Source: an uncultured delta proteobacterium (GTDB taxonomy: Bacteria > Desulfobacterota > Binatia > JACPRU01). Taken from it: DNA of 64,000 bases. Positions 57,345 to 64,000 of the stretch are shown piece after piece (position 1 is the stretch's first letter; every line of letters begins with the position of its first letter). The notes below the pieces were generated by a model. That model saw only the letters and a list, made by a program, of their open reading frames with translations, was not told the origin of the DNA and made no database searches. The stretch lies in assembly GCA_963745025.1 (NCBI GenBank), contig CAVUWD010000020.1, positions 96,001 to 160,000 of the forward strand. The letters run 5' to 3'. Position numbers and translations under genes: made by a program.

Positions 57345-58089
57345 ATGCACCGCTTTCGAGCGCCAACCGAGGAGCTTCGCAGCGGACGCGTGCGGCTTCG
57401 CGGCGCCGAGGTTCGGCATCTACGCGACGTTCTCCGTCTTGGTCCGGGCACTCGCGTGGAGCTCTTCGACGGCGAGGGAGGGAGTTTTCTCGCCGAGCTG
57501 TCGTCGATCGGGTCCTCGGCGGCGGAGCTCAACGTGCTCGGTGCGATCGAGCGGCAAACCGAGTCCGCGTTGTCGCTGACGCTCGCCGTCGCCATCGCGA
57601 AGGGGTCGAAGCTCGACTGGGTCGTCGAGAAGGCCACCGAGCTTGGCGCCTCGCGGTTCCTTCCCTTCACCTCGGAGCGGACGGTTTCCGAGCGCCGCGA
57701 CTTCGCCGAGCGCGTCCGCCGCTGGCGGCGAATCGCCAGCGCGGCGGTGGCGCAGTGCGGTCGGAGCCGTCTGCCCGGAGGTGCGTGACGTCACGAGCTT
57801 CGCCGACGTACTCGCCGTCAGCGCCGAATGCGACCGCCGACTTCTCTTCTGGGAGGAAGGTGGTTCGCCGCTCGCTCGAGCCTCCGACCGAGGGGTGCGG
57901 AGCGTCTGCGTCGTGACCGGGCCGGAGGGTGGATTCGCACCCGAAGAAGCCGCGCGTGCCGAGGCCGCTGGCTTCACGCTGGCCGCGCTCGGACCGCGGA
58001 TCCTCCGCGCCGAGACGGCGGCCGTCGCGGCCGTCACGCTGGCGCAGTTTCTCTGGGGCGACCTGGACCGGTCTCCGGCCGGCGCGTAG
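57345..58089 (+). CDS. rsmE: 16S rRNA m3U1498 methyltransferase, frameshift near 57765
   Basis: HLRDVLRL, EKATELG, QCGR / GPEGGF, LGPRILRAETA in next frame. Confidence 0.92.
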
Positions 58090-58273
58090 CGTGGTGCGTC
58101 GTCAGTAACCCTGCTGACGCCACCGCGCGCAGCGCGGAGGCTCGATACCACGTAGCAGGCGATTGCCTCCGCGCCTTCGCTGGTCCAGGCAGCCGAACGT
58201 CGAGACGCGTTCGAGAGCGTGACTCGATCCCGCGGTAGTCGCGCCAACGATTCCCGCGTGTTAGTGTTTTTGC

Positions 58274-59239
58274 GTGAGCTCGCTCCGCGTCGGCTTCCTG
58301 ATCGATCCGATCGAAACCCTGATCGTCGGCCACGACACGACCCTGGCGTTCATGCTCGAGTGCCAGCGCCGCGGCCACGAGGTCCACTGCTTCGAGCAGA
58401 AGCATCTCGAGTACCGCGGCAGCGAGGTCTGGGCTACGACCAAGAAAGTCGAGCTCAAGCGCGCCAAGGGAGATCACTATCGAGTCCTCGCGGAAGGGCT
58501 CGCGCGACTCTCGGCGTTCGACGTCGTTTTCCTGCGCAAGGACCCCCCGGTCGACGTCGAGTACCTGCACGCCACGCAGCTTGTGGAGCTGGCGCGCGGC
58601 CCGCTGCTCGTCAACGACCCGGGCGGCTTGCGTGACGCCAACGAGAAGCTATTCGTGCTGCGTTTCCCGGAGCTGATTCCGCGCACGCTCGTGACCCGCA
58701 GCCTGATCGAGCTCCGCGCCTTTCTCCACGAGTTGGGCGGAGAGATGATCGTCAAGCCGATCGATGGCTTCGGCGGTCGGGGCATCTTCCACTTGCGGCA
58801 GAGCGATCGCAACGTCAACTCCCTCCTCGAGCTGGCGACTGCGGGTGGGCGGGCGGCGATCGTCGCCCAGGAGTACCTGCCGGCGAGCCGGGACGGCGAC
58901 AAGCGGATCATCCTCGTCGACGGCGAACCGCTCGGCGCGATGATGCGGGTTCCGCAGGCGAACGACGTGCGCGGCAACCTCGCGGCGGGCGGACGCTCGG
59001 AGCGGACCGAGCTCACCGATCGCGAGCGCGAAATCTGTCGGCGGCTGGCGCCGGATCTTCGGCTGCGCGGGCTCTACTTCGTCGGCATCGACGTGATCGG
59101 CGGGTATCTCACGGAGGTGAACGTCACCAGCCCGACCGGCATCGAAGAGATCAACGCGTTCGATGGTGTCGCGATCGAACGCGAGATGATGGACTTCGTC
59201 GAGCGCAAGCTCGGTCAGCGCCAAGCGAAGCGTGCTTGA
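58274..59239 (+). CDS. gshB: Glutathione synthetase
   Basis: DTT, LRKDPP, ANEK, KP.DG.GG.G, GDKRI, RGNLAAGG, EVNVTSPTG. Confidence 0.95.
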   Translation: MSSLRVGFLIDPIETLIVGHDTTLAFMLECQRRGHEVHCFEQKHLEYRGSEVWATTKKVELKRAKGDHYRVLAEGLARLSAFDVVFLRKDPPVDVEYLHATQLVELARGPLLVNDPGGLRDANEKLFVLRFPELIPRTLVTRSLIELRAFLHELGGEMIVKPIDGFGGRGIFHLRQSDRNVNSLLELATAGGRAAIVAQEYLPASRDGDKRIILVDGEPLGAMMRVPQANDVRGNLAAGGRSERTELTDREREICRRLAPDLRLRGLYFVGIDVIGGYLTEVNVTSPTGIEEINAFDGVAIEREMMDFVERKLGQRQAKRA

Positions 59240-59278
59240 CGCTCCGAAACGCCTTCGCTAGTAGAAGACGTTTTGCAT

Positions 59279-59351
59279 GGGCAGGTAGCTCAGTCGGTAG
59301 AGCAGGAGCCTGAAAAGCTCCGTGTCGGCGGTTCAATTCCGTCCCTGCCCA
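59279..59351 (+). tRNA. tRNA-Phe(GAA)
   Basis: GGGCAGG/CCTGCCC acceptor, GGAGC-CTGAAAA-GCTCC anticodon arm, GGTTCAATTCC T-arm. Confidence 0.95.
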
Positions 59352-59558
59352 CCTTTTACTTTCTAGCCCGGAGATGAGCGCCGAGTTCTCGAAGGGCTGG
59401 TGGCTCGTCGCGGCAGGGCACGCACCTCGTTCTGCGCGCGACGGCGCTCACGTCGCTCGGTGGCGTCATTCGGGATCCGCTGTCTCTCCTCCCCGTCACA
59501 CTCTCGCCGTCGCTCTCCTCCTCCGTCTGCTGCCCTGCAAGGCGCCGCGGGTGGTCGC

Positions 59559-59945
59559 GTGAGGCGCTCGCGGCGACTCGTCTGGCTGATCGCTGGCGTC
59601 GCCGTCGCGATGTCGAGCGCTTGCCTCGCGACGCGCCGCTACGGCCCGCCGGAGTGCCTGCCGGACCCCGAAGCGCATTGTCGGTCGGAGTGCGGTCGCC
59701 GCGACGCCGATTCGAACGATACCCGCGAAGGCAAGTGTGAAGTCATGCTGAGCGACCTCTGCGGCGCACACTGTCTCGAGGCATGCGGCGACCGCTCGTC
59801 GTCGCTGGCGAAGAAGATCGAGGGCTACGAATCGTCACTCGAGCACGATTGCGGTAGCGGGCGGCCCGTTGGCCCGGGCGAGATGCGATCGCTTCCGGTC
59901 TCGCCGACGCCTCATCCGCTCAATCGGTTTCTCCGTGACGTCTGA
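59559..59945 (+). CDS. Cysteine-rich putative lipoprotein
   Basis: Basic N-terminus + hydrophobic stretch + SSAC lipobox-like; eight further Cys, several in CxxxC spacing. Confidence 0.55.
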   Translation: MRRSRRLVWLIAGVAVAMSSACLATRRYGPPECLPDPEAHCRSECGRRDADSNDTREGKCEVMLSDLCGAHCLEACGDRSSSLAKKIEGYESSLEHDCGSGRPVGPGEMRSLPVSPTPHPLNRFLRDV

Positions 59946-59993
59946 ACCGCGCTCTGCCTCGACGAACGGAGACGGCTGAGCGACAATGATCGC

Positions 59994-60545
59994 GTGGAGA
60001 TCGCGATCGGCACGACCCGTCTCGCGCTCGTGCGCGCAGACATCACCGAGCAGGACGTCGAGGCGATCGTCAACGCCGCGAACTCGTCGCTCTGTGGCGG
60101 CGGCGGCGTCGACGGAGCGATCCACCGCGCCGGGGGACCCGCGATTCTCGAAGCGTGCAAGCAGATCGTCGCCGAGCGGGGCCGGTGCGCGACCGGCGAT
60201 GCGGTGATCACGACCGGCGGCACGCTGCGGGCGACGTTCGTAGTCCACACGGTCGGGCCGGTATGGAGTGGCGGCAAGAGAGGCGAAGCGGGTCTGCTCG
60301 CCTCTGCCTATCGGTCGAGCCTGCGAATCGCGGCCGAGCGCGGGATCTCGTCGATCGCGTTTCCGTCGATCTCGACCGGCGCGTATGGCTTTCCGATCGA
60401 GCACGCGGCCGACATCGCGCTCCGCACGGTGCGCGATTTCCTCGATCGCGAGAGCCACACGATCGCCGAAGTGCGCTTCGTGCTCTTCAGCGACTCCGAT
60501 CTCGGGTTCTACGAAGCGGCGCTCACCCGGCTGAAGTCTTCGTAG
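59994..60545 (+). CDS. Macro-domain O-acetyl-ADP-ribose deacetylase (YmdB-like)
   Basis: DIT, IVNAANSSLCGGGGVDGAIH, HTVGPVW, FPSISTGAYGFP. Confidence 0.93.
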   Translation: MEIAIGTTRLALVRADITEQDVEAIVNAANSSLCGGGGVDGAIHRAGGPAILEACKQIVAERGRCATGDAVITTGGTLRATFVVHTVGPVWSGGKRGEAGLLASAYRSSLRIAAERGISSIAFPSISTGAYGFPIEHAADIALRTVRDFLDRESHTIAEVRFVLFSDSDLGFYEAALTRLKSS

Positions 60546-60942
60546 CGGTCTCGGCGTTTTTCGCCGCGTCATCGAGCCGCCGGCGCGTTTGGTCGTCGAG
60601 GAGCCCATCGTCCCGGAGCCCGACGTGGCGCTGGAATGCTTCGATGGCATTGACCGTCACCATGTCGATCTTGCCGCTCGGCGGATCCTCCAAATACTCC
60701 TTCAGCATCTTCAGCTGCTCCTGGGCCTTCTTCACTACGGCCGGGTCGACCTTCTGGGCAAGCGCGATCTGCTGCGTCTTCGGCATCGACTCCTTCACGC
60801 GCGTTTCGATCTCGCGCATGCGCTCTTCCATCTTCTTGGAGGTCTTGCCGGACTCGTCACCGGACTCGCAGCCGACGATCGCGAGACCGAGTAGCGTCAC
60901 CGCGGCGAGGAAGATCGCCAGCGGATGGATTCCTCGATTCAG
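60523..60942 (-). CDS. Lipoprotein with peptidoglycan-binding domain
   Basis: Lipobox IVGC; VKKAQEQL...G.ID..T..AIEAFQ...GL..DG.LD..T...L; likely start CTG 60942 (GGAGGG RBS) or GTG 60900. Confidence 0.8.
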   Translation of the reverse strand: MNRGIHPLAIFLAAVTLLGLAIVGCESGDESGKTSKKMEERMREIETRVKESMPKTQQIALAQKVDPAVVKKAQEQLKMLKEYLEDPPSGKIDMVTVNAIEAFQRHVGLRDDGLLDDQTRRRLDDAAKNAETATKTSAG

Positions 60943-61174
60943 CGGCTCAACCCTCCGTGTCCCGGCCCTTGTTGCGGAAGACCCCGCTCCTCGTCGAGCG
61001 ACTCCGTGTTGCGAACGTCGGGCGGATTGGCCTCGATCCGGCGGCGGAGGCGCAGCCGGAACGCTTCTTCCGCTAGCAAAAACGACGGCTTCATCCGTAG
61101 TTGACCGGGTTCGGCGTGTCGACTATGCGTGCGAGAATCGAGTCAAGTTGGCGAGCCCTCGTCGAGAACCGGGC

Positions 61175-61309
61175 ATGTCCGCCCAACGCATCTTCCACAA
61201 CGTCCTCCACGCAGCCGATGCGCCGGCCGCGAAGCCGTGTGGCGAGTTCCTCGCCGAGCTCGACGCCTTCATCGAAGCGTACGACCCGTACCGGACCGCG
61301 AGCGCGTAG
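61175..61309 (+). CDS. Short hypothetical ORF (44 aa), possibly a gene remnant
   Basis: MSAQRIFHNVLHAADAPAAKPCGEFLAELDAFIEAYDPYRTASA; GC3-rich codons, weak RBS. Confidence 0.35.
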   Translation: MSAQRIFHNVLHAADAPAAKPCGEFLAELDAFIEAYDPYRTASA

Positions 61310-61377
61310 CAGATCGTAGGAAACGGCGCAGCGCGCGAGCGGGGTCCGCGACGCTTGCCGAAAGACGGAGGTTGACG

Positions 61378-61710
61378 ATGGGCACCCACTATCACGACAG
61401 CGACGATCTCAAGCTTCTCAGGGACATGAAGGAGCTGGCGCCGGCCGAATTCAAGGCGTGGGTCGATCTCGACCGCATCGTCGGCCGCGAGGACGGCAAG
61501 ATCCCGCGCAAGTATCGGGAGCTGATCGCTCTCGCGGTCGCGCACGTCACGCAGTGCGTCTATTGCATCGAGGCGCACGTGAAGGGGGCGAAGAAGTCGG
61601 GCGCGACGCGCGAAGAGATCGTCGAGACGAGCTTTCTCGCCGCGGCGCTCCGCGCCGGCGGCGCTGCGGCGCACGGCGCGCTGGCGCTGAAGCTCTACGA
61701 CAAGAGCTGA
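61378..61710 (+). CDS. Carboxymuconolactone decarboxylase / AhpD-like protein
   Basis: GGAGG RBS; KYRELIALAVAHVTQCVYCIEAH, GATREEI.E. Confidence 0.92.
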   Translation: MGTHYHDSDDLKLLRDMKELAPAEFKAWVDLDRIVGREDGKIPRKYRELIALAVAHVTQCVYCIEAHVKGAKKSGATREEIVETSFLAAALRAGGAAAHGALALKLYDKS

Positions 61711-61819
61711 AACGGCAGGCTTCAGGCTACGAGCGGCTATTCCGTGCGCCAATTGGATCCGAGCGCCAGGGGTGGAAAGCCGGGTAGGGCGCCCGCCGCG
61801 GTGCCTCAGAACTAGGCCG

Positions 61820-62629
61820 TCAGCGCGATTCGCCGGCGCGCTCGAACTGCCGCTTCACGAAGGAGAGCGTACCCCGCATGATCGCGCGCGGGAACAGCGC
61901 GCGCAGCTTCCAGATCAGCGTGTAGCGCTCGGGCGCGAAGAGCTCGAAGCGCTCCTTCTCGATCGCCTTGGCGATCGCCCGGGTCACGACCTCGGGCCCG
62001 AGCAGCTGCGGCTCGACGACGTGCCGCAAGTGCTCGAAGCCGGGCCTCTTGTCGAAGAGCTCGGTGCGGATTGCGCCCGGGTAGATCACCGCGACGTGGA
62101 CCCCCCGCGATTTGACCTCGTAGTAGAGCGCCTCGGCGAGTCCCGTCACGGCGAACTTGGAGGCCGAGTAGGCCGTATGGCGCCAGGTGGCGATGCGGCC
62201 GGCGAAGGAGGACACGAAGACCACGGTTCCCGTGCGCCGCTCGACCATCGAAAGCATCACCTCGCGAGTGAAGTAGAGCGCCGAGAAATAGTTGGAGCGC
62301 ATCAGCTCTTCGAACTGTTCCTCGGGAGCTTCGGTGAAGAGGTGGTAGGCGCCGATGCCCGCGTTGTTGATCAGGATGTCGATCGGTCCGAGATCGGCCC
62401 GCGCGCGGGCAATGGTCACGCGGATCTGCTCGCGATCGCGGACGTCGCAGGGATATGACCGGCTGGAGGGGGCGTGGTTCTGGCATTCGCGAAGCGTTTC
62501 CTCGAGCCGATCGGCGCGCCGCGCGCAGATCGCCACGGTGGCGCCGCGCCGTGCCAGGTCGATTGCCGTCGCCCGCCCGATTCCGCTCGAGGCCCCGGTC
62601 ACTAGCGCGACTCTTCCCCGGATCTCCAT
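61820..62629 (-). CDS. Short-chain dehydrogenase/reductase (SDR)
   Basis: TGASSGIG, NNAG, YSASK. Confidence 0.93.
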   Translation of the reverse strand: MEIRGRVALVTGASSGIGRATAIDLARRGATVAICARRADRLEETLRECQNHAPSSRSYPCDVRDREQIRVTIARARADLGPIDILINNAGIGAYHLFTEAPEEQFEELMRSNYFSALYFTREVMLSMVERRTGTVVFVSSFAGRIATWRHTAYSASKFAVTGLAEALYYEVKSRGVHVAVIYPGAIRTELFDKRPGFEHLRHVVEPQLLGPEVVTRAIAKAIEKERFELFAPERYTLIWKLRALFPRAIMRGTLSFVKRQFERAGESR

Positions 62630-62701
62630 CTATCCTTCTGTAGCTACGGGGTGGCTCGCGACGTTGTCAACATTCGTCCCTCGGCCCGAAGGACGCCGCT
62701 T

Positions 62702-62760
62702 CACAGATCGCTCCGGTCGGTCGCAATCCCGGCTCCGGCCGTGCAGCCTAGCAAGCCAGC
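62702..62760 (+). repeat. Dispersed intergenic repeat, copy 3 (diverged)
   Basis: cacagatcgctccggtcggtcgcaa..gctccggccgtgcagcctagcaagccagc aligns over full length with copy 1. Confidence 0.8.
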
Positions 62761-62972
62761 TCAGCCGCCGCGCGAGCCCCAACGATGCTCGCCGCGTCGG
62801 CGGTTTGCCATCGGTCCGGAACCTCGACTAGGCTTGCGTTGTTTAGAGCTCATCTGGAAGGGATCCGGGTGACATCGCTGGGATGTATCCGATGTGTGGT
62901 CTTGGGCATCCAAGGCCGTTGAACCGGCCCGCGGAGAAGCCGCGGACCAAAATTTCAATGAGGAGGATCGAG

Positions 62973-63233
62973 ATGAAGAGTCCGTTGAAGGGAGCGCTGA
63001 TCGCGGCGGCGGTTGCCGGCTTGTTCGTGGCAAATGCGGCGCGGGCGGCCGACGAGGGCAAGAGCGAGGCGAAAGAGGTGAAGTGCGCCGGTGTCAACGC
63101 CTGTAAGGGGCAAGGCGCGTGCGCAGGCGCGGGTCACGAGTGCGCCGGCAAGAACGGTTGCAAGGGCCAGGGCTGGTCGAAGGTGTCTTCGGCCAAGGAA
63201 TGTACGGACAAGGGTGGCACGGTCAAGGATTGA
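62973..63233 (+). CDS. Six-Cys periplasmic bufferin-type (BufA2-like) metallophore precursor
   Basis: GAGGAGG RBS, signal peptide, CAGVNACKGQGAC..CAGKNGCKGQGW..ECTDKGG; adjacent DUF692 gene. Confidence 0.88.
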   Translation: MKSPLKGALIAAAVAGLFVANAARAADEGKSEAKEVKCAGVNACKGQGACAGAGHECAGKNGCKGQGWSKVSSAKECTDKGGTVKD

Positions 63234-63312
63234 GAATACCCCGCAGGGCGCCGGGCACGACTCTCGCCCGGCGCCCTCCCCACCCCCGTTGGATGCTGGT
63301 GTCGTCGAGCGG

Positions 63313-64000
63313 ATGCCGGCGCCGGCGATCTCGGCCTTTCCTCGGCTCGGATGCGGGATCGGGCTCCGACGCGAGCACTACGGCTACGTTCTCGAGCACT
63401 GGCCGGCGCTCGATTGGTTCGAGATCATCTCCGAGAACTTCATGGTTCCGGGCGGGCGTCCGCTCTACGTGCTCGATCGCGTACGGGAGCGCTATCGGCT
63501 CGTCATGCATGGGGTGTCGCTGTCGATCGGGTCAACGGATCCGCTGAACGTCGACTACCTCGGCCGCCTGAAGAAGCTCGCCGAGCGGGTTCGGCCGGCA
63601 TGGGTTTCGGACCATCTCTGCTGGACCGGGGTCGGCGGCAAGAATGCGCACGATCTGCTGCCGCTTCCCTATACCGAGGAGACGATCGAGCACGTGGCCT
63701 CGCGGGTGCGGGCCGTGCAGGAATTTCTCGAGCGTCCGATCCTGCTCGAGAACGTCTCGAGCTATCTCACCTACCGGGAATCGGAGCTCACGGAGTGGGA
63801 CTGGCTGGCGGAAATCGCCCGCCGCGCCGGCTGCTTCATCTTGCTCGACGTCAACAATGTCTACGTGAGCGCCTTCAACCACGGCTTCGACGCGCTCGAC
63901 TACCTGCGAGGAGTTCCTATCGATCGGGTGGCGCAATTCCATCTCGCCGGGCATACCGACAACGGAACGCACCTGCTCGACACACACGACCACCCGATCA
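63313..64000 (+). CDS. DUF692 multinuclear non-heme iron oxidase (MNIO, BufB-like), runs off window end
   Basis: Not in ORF track. GIGLRREHY, WFEIISENF, HGVSLSIG, SDHLCW, HDLLPLP, LENVSSY, LLDVNNVYV, QFHLAGH, DTH. Confidence 0.93.
   Translation, partial: MPAPAISAFPRLGCGIGLRREHYGYVLEHWPALDWFEIISENFMVPGGRPLYVLDRVRERYRLVMHGVSLSIGSTDPLNVDYLGRLKKLAERVRPAWVSDHLCWTGVGGKNAHDLLPLPYTEETIEHVASRVRAVQEFLERPILLENVSSYLTYRESELTEWDWLAEIARRAGCFILLDVNNVYVSAFNHGFDALDYLRGVPIDRVAQFHLAGHTDNGTHLLDTHDHPI

Noticed and set aside
59352-64000. Genomic island integrated at tRNA-Phe
   Set aside because: No integrase, no duplicated tRNA 3' end seen in the window and no clear compositional shift

Overview
High-GC bacterial chromosomal window, mostly housekeeping genes. 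Gene content and order (pgpA-cinA-thpR-recA-pilT-recX-alaS; rpsU-cvpA-dnaG-tRNA-Ile2-C4 zinc ribbon) suggest a deltaproteobacteria-like lineage, possibly Candidatus Binatia; this is inference only. Recognisable genes include an ECF sigma/anti-sigma pair, cstA, gmhA, uvrD/pcrA, rpoD, proS, pyrF, two moeA genes, a deoxyhypusine-synthase-like gene, recA, alaS, phoH, ybeY, prfB (programmed +1 frameshift), dnaG, rpsU, prmA, rsmE, gshB, two tRNAs and the start of a bufferin-type (BufA2 + DUF692) RiPP cluster. Single-base frameshifts in alaS (two), rsmE and cstA point to indel-prone assembly. Most unexplained signals: (1) a leader ORF ending Pro-stop that abuts an intrinsic terminator in front of the DHS-like polyamine gene (candidate attenuator); (2) two tandem paralogous small helical proteins, one behind a clean sigma54 promoter in an AT-rich region; (3) a Fur-boxed but scrambled porin / haem-binding / FMN-binding / ApbE locus between the two moeA genes; (4) a ~57-bp element repeated in three divergent intergenic regions; (5) rpoD displaced from dnaG and followed by an unannotated small basic ORF. 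No CRISPR array, rRNA, integrase or transposase was seen.
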